A stretch of DNA of 59,105 bases from Candidatus Neochristensenella gallicola (GCA_904419735.1 CAJFSR010000001.1:1-59105), one strand, 5' to 3'; shown: positions 1 to 9,455, numbered from the stretch's first letter. A program made the numbers and translations. The notes: generated by a model from the sequence alone, not told the origin.

Positions 1-99
1 CTCGTATAGTTGTTGTGTCGTAACTTAACTATAACCGATGAGGCCTTATCCTTCATCCTTTTTTTACTCTACCTGTCCAATATCTATTGTAATCCTACA
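1..99 (-). mobile_element. Terminal fragment of an IS-like repeat (terminus TGTAGGATTACAATAGATATTGGACA), reading outward
   Basis: Positions 2-99 are the exact reverse complement of 59008-59105, and identity stops abruptly at the TGT terminus. A TG/TGT end resembles IS3/IS481-type inverted repeats. No transposase in the window. Confidence 0.65.
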
Positions 100-129
100 T
101 CATTCGGGAGGGGCTGTTTTTAAAACAGC

Positions 130-158
130 TTGTTTTTCGGGGCTTTTTTTGCTATAAT
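130..158 (+). promoter_or_regulatory. Putative sigma-A promoter of the met operon
   Basis: TTGTTT(130-135)-17 bp-TATAAT(153-158) with extended -10 TG, upstream of metF. Confidence 0.5.
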
Positions 159-194
159 TATATAATAATATTTGATGGGCAGGAGAGATTGTGA

Positions 195-1055
195 TTGAAA
201 ATTATAGATTTGTTAAAGCAGAATAAACCCATGCTTTCTTTTGAGGTGTTTCCTCCTAAAACCAGCAGTACATATGACAGTGTTTTTAAGGCCACGCAGG
301 CGATAGCGCAGCTCAAGCCTCCTTTTATAAGCGTTACCTACGGCGCGGCGGGAGGCGCCCGCTTTTATTCTCTGGATATAGCCAGGAACCTTCTGGCCGC
401 CGGTGTGACGCCCCTGGCTCACCTTACCTGCGTTTCTTCCACTAAAGAGCAGATAATTCAAAAACTGGGCGAGTTAAAGGAAGCGGGTATAGAAAATATA
501 ATGGCGCTGCGCGGGGATATTCCTGAGGGATTTGATGCGTCCGGGCCGAGGGATTACAAATACGCCAGCCAGCTTATAAGAGATATTAAGAGCTATGGGG
601 ATTTCTGTATAGGCGGCGCGTGCTATCCTGAGGGACATGTGGAATCGGCAAATTTGCAGGAAGATATAGTCCATCTTAAGGAAAAGGCGGACGCCGGCTG
701 CGACTTTTTTACTACCCAGATGTTTTTTGACAATGAGATATTATTCAGCTATTTATATAAGCTGCGCGAAGCGGGGATCAGCACGCCGGTTATTGCCGGC
801 GTAATGCCGGTAACAAATGCAAATCAGATAAAAAGGATTACCGCGCTTTCGGGCACATATCTCCCTGGACGCTTTAAAAGAATAATAGACCGTTTCGGGG
901 ATTCGCCTGAGAGTATGGAAAAGGCGGGGATAGCTTATGCCACAGAGCAGATTATAAGCCTTTTTGCGGGCGGTATAACGGCTGTGCATGTATATTCCAT
1001 GAATAAGGCGCATGTGGCGGCCAAAATTCAGGAAAATCTCAAGGGGATAATATAA
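195..1055 (+). CDS. metF: 5,10-methylenetetrahydrofolate reductase
   Basis: SFEVFPPK, SVTYGA, AHLTC, ALRGD, ACYPEGH and TQMFFD motifs; RBS AGGAG. Confidence 0.95.
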   Translation: MKIIDLLKQNKPMLSFEVFPPKTSSTYDSVFKATQAIAQLKPPFISVTYGAAGGARFYSLDIARNLLAAGVTPLAHLTCVSSTKEQIIQKLGELKEAGIENIMALRGDIPEGFDASGPRDYKYASQLIRDIKSYGDFCIGGACYPEGHVESANLQEDIVHLKEKADAGCDFFTTQMFFDNEILFSYLYKLREAGISTPVIAGVMPVTNANQIKRITALSGTYLPGRFKRIIDRFGDSPESMEKAGIAYATEQIISLFAGGITAVHVYSMNKAHVAAKIQENLKGII

Positions 1056-1678
1056 TGCCTGTTTCATTATATAAATTTACATGCGGTGCGGATGAGCTGG
1101 ATGTAGATATTGATGAAATTTGCAGATACATGGGTATCAAAAGAGGGTATGCAGATGATGCCGGCAGGCAGGCGGCGTTAAAGGCGCTGCGCGAAGTGGC
1201 CGCGGGCAGCAAGCCCAGCGCGGTATATGCAGTCAGCGGCATAAAGGAACTGGCTCAAGAAGGCTCTCTTGATTTAGGCTTTGGCGCCTTTTGCAGTAAG
1301 GATTTAAAAAAATGCCTTAGCGGCTGTGAAAAAGCCGTTGTATTTGCGGCTACCATAGGAATTTATACAGACCGTCTGGTAAACAGGTATGAGCAAATCA
1401 GCCCCTTAAGGGCTTTGGCGGTCAACAGCGCGGGAACGGCTCTTATAGAGGCATTCTGCGATTGTTTATGCTTGAATCTGGCCGAGCAGTTCCAAAATCA
1501 GGGATTTAAATGTATCCCGCGCTTCAGCGCCGGATACGGTGATTTCCCTCTGCAGTGCCAGATTGGTATTCTGAATATGCTTATGGCGGAAAAGACTTTG
1601 GGCATAAGTCTTGACCAGAGCCTGCTTATGACGCCTGCTAAATCGGTTACGGCGGTCGTCGGGTTAAAAAGGGTTTAA
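1055..1678 (+). CDS. Stand-alone B12-dependent methionine synthase activation domain protein
   Basis: AATIG, RFSAGYGDFPL and LMTPAKSVTAVVG motifs; lies between metF and metH. Confidence 0.85.
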   Translation: MPVSLYKFTCGADELDVDIDEICRYMGIKRGYADDAGRQAALKALREVAAGSKPSAVYAVSGIKELAQEGSLDLGFGAFCSKDLKKCLSGCEKAVVFAATIGIYTDRLVNRYEQISPLRALAVNSAGTALIEAFCDCLCLNLAEQFQNQGFKCIPRFSAGYGDFPLQCQIGILNMLMAEKTLGISLDQSLLMTPAKSVTAVVGLKRV

Positions 1679-1757
1679 TCAGTTTATATTTATTGTTTGC
1701 AGCATCATGCTGATGGGTGCGCATTTTCAAATCATATTAGCTTTTGGCGGAGGATAT

Positions 1758-4169
1758 ATGAATATACTAGAGGGCTTTGAGAATAAATTTTTGATATTGG
1801 ACGGCGGCATGGGTACAATGCTCCAAAATTCAGGTCTGGAACCGGGAGAGCTGCCCGAAACCTACAATATAACGCATCCTGAGGTGGTAGAGGATATACA
1901 CAGACAGTATATTCTTGCCGGAGCAGACATTATAAGCGCGAATACCTTTGGCGCCAATACTTTTAAATATCCTCTTAAAAAAGAAGGAGAGCAGTTTACC
2001 CTTTCGGAGGTAGTAACAGCGGCTTTCGCAAGAGCGCGCGCTGCAAAGGAAAAAACGGGCGCTGAGTGCCGGATAGCTTTGGATTTAGGACCTACCGGCA
2101 AGCTTTTAGCGCCTTTAGGCACGCTGGAATTTGAAGAAGCGGTCAAAGTGTTTGCTGGGACTGTGCGCTTGGGAGTGGAAAACGGCGCTGATTTAATAAT
2201 TATAGAAACCATGAACGATACCCTGGAGCTTAAAGCTGCCGTGCTGGCGGCTAAGGAGAATTCTAATCTGCCCATTCTGGCCAGCGTGGTTATGGACGAG
2301 CAGGGCAAACTGATGACAGGCGGGGATGCCGGAGCGGTTGTTGCTCTGCTGGAAGGGCTGAGAGTAGACGCGCTTGGGATAAACTGCGGGCTGGGCCCGG
2401 ATAAGCTGCTTCCGTGGGCTGAAAGATTATGTACCCTGGCTTCTGTTCCCGTCTGCGTTATGCCTAATGCCGGCCTGCCTAAAGTAAGAGAGGGAAGAAC
2501 GGTATATGACGTAACCCCCGAAGAGTTTGCCGGCCAGATGAAGCTGATAGCCCAGGCGGGCGCTCGTATGGCGGGCGGCTGCTGCGGTACGACCCCGGCG
2601 CATATAAAGGCAATGAAGGAAGCGCTTAACCCAATCAGTCCGCTGCCTGTTACCGAAAAAAATACCTCGCTTATTTCCTCCTATTCGCATTGCCTGAGCT
2701 TTGACGGCCCGCCCGTGCTGATAGGCGAGAGGCTTAATCCTACCGGTAAGCCTAAGCTCAAGGCGGCCCTTAGGGAAAATAATATAAGCTATATACTGGA
2801 AGAGGCGGTAAAGCAGCAGGAGGCCGGGGCTATGGCGCTGGACGTTAATGTCGGCCTGCCTGAAATTGATGAAGCGGGGGTTTTGGGTGAAATTATACCG
2901 CGCATCCAGGCGGTAAGCGATTTGCCTCTTCAAATAGATACTTCCAATTATGAGGCTATGGAGCGAGCCATGCGGGTTTATAACGGCAAGCCGATGCTTA
3001 ATTCGGTATGCGGCAAAAAGGAGAGCATGGATAAAATATTCCCTCTTGCGGCGAAATACGGCGGGGTGATAGTTGCCCTGACGCTGGACGAAAAGGGGAT
3101 ACCCGATACCGCTCAGGGAAGGGTGGAGATAGCCAAAAGGATATATGAGGAAGCGGAAAAATACGGGATAAAGCCTAAGGATATTATAATAGACGCTTTG
3201 GCCATGACTATAAGCGCCGATGCGAACGCCGCTAATGTTACGCTGGATGCGGTAAAGCAGATAAACGCTGTGGGAGGGCGCACCTCGCTGGGGGTTTCAA
3301 ATGTTTCCTTCGGTCTGCCCAACCGTGAGACGGTTAATTCGGTGTTTTTCGCCGCTGCTTTGGACCGCGGCCTTAACGGCGCTATAATGAACCCTTGTTC
3401 TGTAGAGATGATGAAAACCTATAAGGCGTTCTGCGCGCTGCGCGGTCTGGATGAAAAGTGCTCCGCTTATATAGAGTATGCCTCTAATATTGTTGTGCAG
3501 GCCCAGGATATCAAAAAAAGCGATAATGCTTCAAACGGGCCTTCGGAGGAAAACAGCCTGCGTTCCGCCGTTATTAAGGGCTTTAAGGATAATGCCGCCG
3601 TTATGGCGGAGGGACTGCTTAAGAACGGAACGCCGCCTGTAAAAATTATAGATGAAGAGATAATTCCCGCGCTTAATGAGGTGGGCGAAAAATTTGAAAA
3701 AAAGATTATGTTTCTGCCCCAGCTTTTGGCAAGCGCTGAGGCGGCAAAAGCGGCCTTTGAGCTTATAAGGGCGGCTATGCCCCAGAAAAAAGAAGGGCAG
3801 GGCAAAAAAATAGCGCTTGCGACGGTTAAGGGAGATATTCACGATATAGGCAAGAATATCGTTAAGGCGTTATTGGAGAATTATGGCTTTGACGTGGTGG
3901 ATTTAGGCCGGGACGTACCGCCTGAAATTGTAGTCAAGACAGTTGAAGAGAATAAAATAATGCTTGCGGGCCTCAGCGCGCTAATGACCACCACCGTACC
4001 CGCAATGGAGGAGACAATAAAGCTGCTGCATGACAGCTGTCCCTGGTGCAGGGTGGTTGTGGGAGGCGCCGTGCTTACCCAGGAATATGCCGATATGATA
4101 AAAGCGGATAAGTATGCCAGGGACGCTATGGAGACGGTCAGGTACGCGCAGGAGATTTTTAAGGATTAG
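1758..4169 (+). CDS. metH: Cobalamin-dependent methionine synthase (homocysteine, pterin and B12-binding domains)
   Basis: LDGGMGT, GGCCGTTP, IGERLNPTGK, DIHDIGKNIV and SALMTTT motifs; start moved to ATG 1758 behind RBS GGAGG. Confidence 0.92.
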   Translation: MNILEGFENKFLILDGGMGTMLQNSGLEPGELPETYNITHPEVVEDIHRQYILAGADIISANTFGANTFKYPLKKEGEQFTLSEVVTAAFARARAAKEKTGAECRIALDLGPTGKLLAPLGTLEFEEAVKVFAGTVRLGVENGADLIIIETMNDTLELKAAVLAAKENSNLPILASVVMDEQGKLMTGGDAGAVVALLEGLRVDALGINCGLGPDKLLPWAERLCTLASVPVCVMPNAGLPKVREGRTVYDVTPEEFAGQMKLIAQAGARMAGGCCGTTPAHIKAMKEALNPISPLPVTEKNTSLISSYSHCLSFDGPPVLIGERLNPTGKPKLKAALRENNISYILEEAVKQQEAGAMALDVNVGLPEIDEAGVLGEIIPRIQAVSDLPLQIDTSNYEAMERAMRVYNGKPMLNSVCGKKESMDKIFPLAAKYGGVIVALTLDEKGIPDTAQGRVEIAKRIYEEAEKYGIKPKDIIIDALAMTISADANAANVTLDAVKQINAVGGRTSLGVSNVSFGLPNRETVNSVFFAAALDRGLNGAIMNPCSVEMMKTYKAFCALRGLDEKCSAYIEYASNIVVQAQDIKKSDNASNGPSEENSLRSAVIKGFKDNAAVMAEGLLKNGTPPVKIIDEEIIPALNEVGEKFEKKIMFLPQLLASAEAAKAAFELIRAAMPQKKEGQGKKIALATVKGDIHDIGKNIVKALLENYGFDVVDLGRDVPPEIVVKTVEENKIMLAGLSALMTTTVPAMEETIKLLHDSCPWCRVVVGGAVLTQEYADMIKADKYARDAMETVRYAQEIFKD

Positions 4170-4327
4170 TCTCTGCTTTTATGACTGTCAGTTAAAATTA
4201 TATCGGGCTGGCCAATAATAAGTTTGCTACTATTGCAGTATTATTCTGTGAGATTAAGGAAACTAAAGAGAGGTTGTCCTAAATATATTATATTATAGGT
4301 TTATTTGCCTTATTTCTTCTTGCCCGA

Positions 4328-5243
4328 ATGTTTGTACACGTTTTTCTGTACTATAAAAGCGCCTATTTTAAAATAACTAATAATTCCTATTTGAAAATGC
4401 GGCGGGATAAGGGACGATATGGCGAATATCTTATATACGGCCAGTTGAAGTTTCTGGAAAAGGACGGAGCTAAGTTCCTTTTCAATCTGTATATTCCCAA
4501 GGCAGATGAAACAACCGAAATAGACGTTTTAATGATATATGGCAGTGGGTACCCTAAATTGACAAGGGGATACACGCCTCCAGCGGCCTGATTCCGGCAT
4601 TTTCTGCGTCGCCGTCAATGGGCGTGCGTTGAGTACGCCTCGTTCCGCTTCCTTGAAAATGCCGGAATCAAACCTGCCGGAGGTCGAAGAGTCAGACAGC
4701 GGCCGTTTGAGTGCCCTGCAAGGCGCTTGAACGACGCGTACCGGACGTACACGGAGGGAAAAGCAACACAGCAGGACACTCAAACAGCCCTGTCCTGACC
4801 GTATATGCCCTTGTCAATTTAGGGTATATGTAATTGAAAATAAAAATTACAGCGGATGGATATTTGGCGGAGAAAACTTGCGCACCTGGACTCAAACGCT
4901 GCCTCAGGGCAAAGGGCGTGCTGCTCATAAAGAGCATTTTCTTAATCCTGTATTTCAAAATAATTTGCATATAAAATATTTAAGAAAGCTGTTAGAAAAA
5001 GATTGTGCAATGCATTCAATAATAGTTTTTTCTAATAGGTGCGTTTTTAAAAAGCTTGAGCTTGATAAATCAATAGTAATACATAGAAGAGATCTAAAAG
5101 GAATAGTTCAATCTATAGACAAAGCGGTTGCAAGCAGTCTTTCGAATAAAGATATAGCTGATTTGTTTGCAAAGCTGCGTCCGTATTCCAATGTTGATGA
5201 AAAACTCAGACAACAGCATATAGCAAATATAATAAATAAATAA
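4328..5243 (+). pseudogene. NERD (nuclease-related domain) protein interrupted by a MITE-like insertion
   Basis: 5' part has GRYGE...EIDVLMIYGSG. The 3' part resumes after 4826 as VYVIENKNYSGWIFG...NPVFQN..H, together forming a NERD motif split by the 4550-4826 element. Confidence 0.8.
4550..4826. mobile_element. ~277-bp non-autonomous MITE/REP-like element, copy 1
   Basis: 19-bp perfect terminal inverted repeats TACCCTAAATTGACAAGGG / CCCTTGTCAATTTAGGGTA (27 bp imperfect), TA at both ends, two internal hairpin units, and a similar copy at 6140-6418. Confidence 0.85.
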
Positions 5244-5283
5244 GGCGTGTTTTCCCAAATGCAGATTTTTCGGGGGAATATCA

Positions 5284-6060
5284 TTAATTAAACAGCTGAT
5301 GAAGCATTTTTATAGCGGCTTGCGCCTCTGAATCAAAATCACGGTAAAGGGCTTCTATACTTATACGTTTATTGTATCCGTTAATACGGAGCGAGCTCAT
5401 GAAAGGTGAATAATCGTAAATATCGCCTGGAGCAGGAAAAAATCGGCAGTGATTGCCGTCCGGCGCACTCAGGTGTATATGAACGAGCATGCCGTTTATC
5501 TCTTCCAATATACCCCAATCCTCTTTTTCTTCGTTCATATGATATAGGTCTGCCAATACTTTTATATTATTGTTATCCAGCTGCCGACATAATTGGGCAG
5601 CTTCTTTTACAGTATTGAGGTTATTGCATTCACGGCGGTTGAGAGGTTCTATGGCTATGATGATGCCGTATTGAGAGGCTATATCTCCAATCATGGCTAC
5701 AGCCTGAGCAACCTGATTCATTCCTTCATTGAATGGGGTATCCTGCGGAATACTGCGCGAAGCGCCGCTGCCCAATACGCATATTTGAACTCCCAGCTCT
5801 TTTGCGCGGGTCAGAGCGTTATGTGTAAAATCCTTTATCAACTTGCTGTTGGTATTGGGGCTCGACAGTGTTATATCTGGAGGGAAAAAACAGTTGCATA
5901 CAGGCAAAGGAAGGTCATAATCGGCCAGAAGCTTTTTATACTCGTTTGTTTTGGCGGGGGTCAGACCGGCAAGCCAGCTTAGAGAGCTTTCAATATAGTT
6001 ATAGCCAAGCTGTTTGAGCAAAGGAACTTTTTCTAATGGAGCACATATTCCGAATTACAT
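5284..6060 (-). pseudogene. Sugar phosphate isomerase/epimerase (TIM barrel) with a stop at codon 2
   Basis: AIEPLN, LADLYHM, HIHLS and ISIEA motifs. AGGAGG RBS precedes ATG(6060)-TAA-TTC-GGA-ATA-TGT, in frame with the 245-aa ORF. Confidence 0.7.
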
Positions 6061-6139
6061 TTTTTAATCCTCCTGTAAAGGCTGTCTATTAGTTCTTATT
6101 TGATAGAATGTAAAAGGGAAGCTTGATATAAATTATATA

Positions 6140-6418
6140 TACCACAAATTGACAAGGGGATACACGCCTCCGGCGGTCTGATTCCGGCAATTTATGCGTC
6201 GTCGTCAATGGGTGTACGTTCAGTACACCTCATTCCGCTTCTTTGAAAATGCCGAAATCAAACCCGCTTGAGGCCGAAGAGTCAGACAAGCGGCCGCTTG
6301 AGTTGCCCTGCAAGGCGCTTGAAGGACGTGTACTGGACGTACACGGAGCGAAAAGCAACACAGCAGGACACTCAAACAGCCCTGTCCTGACCGTATATGC
6401 CCTTGTCAATTTAGGGTA
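6140..6418. mobile_element. ~279-bp non-autonomous MITE/REP-like element, copy 2
   Basis: Aligns end to end with 4550-4826 in the same orientation. Left TIR TACCACAAATTGACAAGGG, right TIR CCCTTGTCAATTTAGGGTA, in TATA context. Confidence 0.85.
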
Positions 6419-6525
6419 TATTATAAGCGGTATATTTATCAAATTAAATTGTGGATTTTGCTTAAGATATTGATAATATTGCTGCATTCGGGAAATACTA
6501 CGGCATACTTTTGCATCAGGCCGCC

Positions 6526-6759
6526 TTACTTTTTTTCTACAAACCACTTATTAAAGCAGTCGAAAAAGAGATAGGTAATTGTCCGGCCTATTTTTATCGT
6601 ATACCTTATGCCTATGCCGCCTGCCTTTGTGCTGGCGGCTTTTCTTACGTCCAGTATTCTGTCTATCTCGTATTCTCTGCCGTCCTCCCATTGAATGGAT
6701 AACGGAGTGACGCTGCCGTCCTCGTCGTATAAGACCATAACCTTTACATAAGTTTTCAT
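6526..6759 (-). CDS. Small conserved-type hypothetical protein downstream of dinB
   Basis: AGGAG RBS before ATG 6759; 77 aa, PLSIQWEDGREYEIDRILDVRKAASTKAGGIGIRY; co-oriented with dinB. Confidence 0.75.
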   Translation of the reverse strand: MKTYVKVMVLYDEDGSVTPLSIQWEDGREYEIDRILDVRKAASTKAGGIGIRYTIKIGRTITYLFFDCFNKWFVEKK

Positions 6760-6803
6760 TATACTGCTCCTAATAAGCTTTGTTTTTATATCTATGACAT
6801 AAT

Positions 6804-8048
6804 TCACAAATGGCTTGAGCCAGCGGGCAGCGTAGTGCAGCCCAAAAGGCCCGCTCCGCTTAAAGCTTTATCGGCTAAAGCAGTTCCCCTGGCGATGGAC
6901 CAGTAACCAAACCGTCCGCGTACTTCGTCAATGCAGCGTTCCAGCTTTTCCAATTTCTCTCTTTTTACATGTTCACCCAGCATGCTCAGTTGACAGGGTG
7001 AATTTTCGGGAACCAGTTCGCTTAAGCGTATTCCCATGCCGCGCAGGGGACGTTCCCAATTATAATTCTGGGCGAGCAGAGCCGTGGCTGCGGCGCATAT
7101 TTCGCATGAAAGGCTGGTGGGCTGAGCTAATTTCATCTGTCTTTCTATCCGTCCTAAATCGTTTCGCCTAAGGCTTATCTGCACTTTTCCGCCTTTCAGC
7201 GCATGCTCTCTCAGGCGCGCAGCCACGCTTTCGCTGAGGCTGAAAAAGACAGTTTTGGCTTCATCCATGTTTAGTATATCGCGCGGAGCGGTAATGGAAT
7301 TTCCGATGCTTTTTATAACCCTTTCGCTGCCCGCTCTGGCTACGGGGGAAAGGTCGTCTCCGTGCGCAAAAGCATATAGGGTATAGCCCCATTTCCCCAG
7401 CCATTTTCCCAGCCTTTCAGGGCCTGCTTCGGCCAGCTCGCCTATGGTGCGCACTCCCTTGCTATAGAGCTTTCTTTTAGTGGCGCTTCCGACATATAGT
7501 AAATCCCCAACTGGCAAAGGCCAAACCAGCTGCTTATAATTATTTCTGTCCAGTACAGTTACGGCGTCTGGCTTTTTCATATCTGAGCCCAGCTTGGCAA
7601 AAACCTTATTAAATGAAACGCCTACGGATACCGTAACGCCCAGTTCGCTCTTAACACGGCGGCGGATCTCATCAGCTATTTTGGGCCCGCTGCCGAACAG
7701 CAGGCGGCTGCCTGAAACGTCCAGCCAAGCTTCGTCTATGCCGAATGGCTCTACCATATCAGTGTATAGATTGAAAATTTCTCTTATATAACCGCTGTAT
7801 TTAAGGTATAACTCGTAATTGGGCGGAAGTATGATGAGATTCGGGCATTTTTCCCTGGCTTCCCAAAGAGCTTGTCCTACTTTTACGCCGTAATCCCTGG
7901 CCTGATAATTTTTTGCCAGTATTATGCCGTGCCTCTCCTCGGCGTTTCCGCCTACGGCTACAGGTTTGCCTGCCAGAGAGGGATTATGCAGGCATTCTAT
8001 GCTGGCGTAGCAGTTATTTATATCTACATGAAGTATTGTACGTTCCAT
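6804..8048 (-). CDS. dinB: Y-family DNA polymerase (Pol IV/DinB-like)
   Basis: ILHVDINNCYASIE, GIDEAWLDV and AKLGSDMKKPD motifs; start moved to ATG 8048. Confidence 0.9.
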   Translation of the reverse strand: MERTILHVDINNCYASIECLHNPSLAGKPVAVGGNAEERHGIILAKNYQARDYGVKVGQALWEAREKCPNLIILPPNYELYLKYSGYIREIFNLYTDMVEPFGIDEAWLDVSGSRLLFGSGPKIADEIRRRVKSELGVTVSVGVSFNKVFAKLGSDMKKPDAVTVLDRNNYKQLVWPLPVGDLLYVGSATKRKLYSKGVRTIGELAEAGPERLGKWLGKWGYTLYAFAHGDDLSPVARAGSERVIKSIGNSITAPRDILNMDEAKTVFFSLSESVAARLREHALKGGKVQISLRRNDLGRIERQMKLAQPTSLSCEICAAATALLAQNYNWERPLRGMGIRLSELVPENSPCQLSMLGEHVKREKLEKLERCIDEVRGRFGYWSIARGTALADKALSGAGLLGCTTLPAGSSHL

Positions 8049-8058
8049 AAAGCTATCT

Positions 8059-8072
8059 CGAACAAATGTTCT
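8059..8072. promoter_or_regulatory. LexA/SOS (Cheo) box
   Basis: CGAACAAATGTTCT matches the Firmicute GAAC-N4-GTTC consensus, about 10 bp upstream of the dinB start. Confidence 0.85.
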
Positions 8073-8242
8073 ATAAATATAATACGACAAAAATCACGCC
8101 ATTACAACATGTAAATATTACCAATTATTAATGGGCGCTCTTGCGCCGTATGAAGGCTTTTTTGGTTAAATGCCCCGCTGCACGGTATGGCCCAAACCGG
8201 GAACGGGGGCCGTGTTCAGGCAAAGCAGCATTTATTGTTTTA

Positions 8243-8794
8243 TCATCTGCGTCTATGCAGTAATTGGCCAAACATGCGCCGCTGCCGTGGATTCATAGGG
8301 GTCCGTATTTCACGCGGGCAATAGTCCTCCTCACTTTCTTTGTTTTCACAATGACCGCTTTCCTCTTCCTCAGTATCTTCTTCTGACATGCTTTGCACAA
8401 TGTTTATCATATTTATTAAGGTAGGAATATCGGGGAGGTTTTTGCGCATTTCATCGGGAAGTATTGCCGACAGCATGGCAGAGAGCCCTTCAGGAGAGCT
8501 GGGGTCAATGTTTTTCAGCCGGCCCATTGAGGACATTAGCCTGAAAAGCATTATTGGGGTTTTATCACGGCTGATATGCTCTATTACTTTCAGAAGCTGT
8601 TCGGGATTTTTGCTGGTTTCTCCCTTATAAAAATCAGGCTTTGTAATGCAGGTTTCATATTCGCAGAGGGCGCGCACGCCTCGTCTTGCTTCAAGAGGCA
8701 TAAATGGGGAAAGCTCGGCCAAAAGCTTGGGGTCGAGATGTTTTGAGCCGTTTATTCCTTTTCCCATAAGCAAAAATAATAAAAGAAGGTTCAT
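8243..8794 (-). CDS. Hypothetical protein with an acidic C-terminal tract
   Basis: 183-aa ORF with plausible composition; no family recognised. Confidence 0.6.
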   Translation of the reverse strand: MNLLLLFLLMGKGINGSKHLDPKLLAELSPFMPLEARRGVRALCEYETCITKPDFYKGETSKNPEQLLKVIEHISRDKTPIMLFRLMSSMGRLKNIDPSSPEGLSAMLSAILPDEMRKNLPDIPTLINMINIVQSMSEEDTEEEESGHCENKESEEDYCPREIRTPMNPRQRRMFGQLLHRRR

Positions 8795-8951
8795 ATTCTA
8801 TGACCATGCCTTTCCGCAGGGCCAAGGCCCTCCTTGAGCAATTTATACTATACTGCTGTTAATAATATATGCCGCAGGGCGGTTAAGTTGAAACATTTTG
8901 AGCAGGTATAAATATAATGGAATATAACGATAAATCAAAGGAGTGTAGCAA

Positions 8952-9221
8952 ATGGACTCTAAAAAAGGTTTTTCGGAAAAAGACTTAACCCCTGAACAGA
9001 GAAGGCAATTTGAGGCCATGAAAAATACGGCTGCTAAATACAGGGGCAGGAGCGAAGACGAATTGATGCGGGAATTGAAGCAGACTGTACAGAAAGATAA
9101 AGCGGCGGGTACGCTGACGGATAAAAAAATGGAAAATTTCCAGAAGAAAATTTCACCTATGCTGAATGAGCAGCAGAGAAAAAAGCTGGATAAGATTATG
9201 AAAGAACTTAAAGGAAAATAA
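8952..9221 (+). CDS. Small helical hypothetical protein
   Basis: AAGGAG RBS; 89 aa, charged and helical; followed by a hairpin. Confidence 0.7.
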   Translation: MDSKKGFSEKDLTPEQRRQFEAMKNTAAKYRGRSEDELMRELKQTVQKDKAAGTLTDKKMENFQKKISPMLNEQQRKKLDKIMKELKGK

Positions 9222-9240
9222 ACAAATTTTAAGAGCATTA

Positions 9241-9277
9241 TTTAAACCCTGTCTTTATTGTAAGGCTAGGGTTTAAA
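9241..9277. terminator. Putative terminator hairpin
   Basis: TTTAAACCCT...AGGGTTTAAA inverted repeat just after the 8952-9221 ORF. Confidence 0.5.
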
Positions 9278-9300
9278 TTTATTGAAAAAAGCCGGAAAAA

Positions 9301-9455
9301 GGTAAGCGTTGGCAGAACCGGGATAAGAAAATATGCCGCGGCGCGTTTGCGGCCGGATACGGCCGCCGGCCGAGCTTTAGCTCGGCCAGGCAGGCTTTGC
9401 CTGCCAAACGCGCCGCGGCATATTTTCTTATCCCGGTTCTGCCAACGGCTTTACC
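9301..9455. repeat. Long palindromic element with a three-hairpin head
   Basis: 43-bp perfect arms (9307-9349 / 9405-9447) enclose hairpins CGGCCG-GATA-CGGCCG, GGCCGAGC-TTTA-GCTCGGCC and GGCAGGC-TTT-GCCTGCC. Confidence 0.9.

Noticed and set aside
100-194. SAM riboswitch or Met T-box upstream of metF
   Set aside because: No matching motifs, and the leader is too short
1055-4169. Split methionine synthase with a separate activation domain
   Set aside because: Known arrangement in Thermotoga and many Clostridia; not novel
4529-6547. Short ORFs overlapping the two MITE-like copies
   Set aside because: Frames are not conserved between the copies and show no transposase motifs
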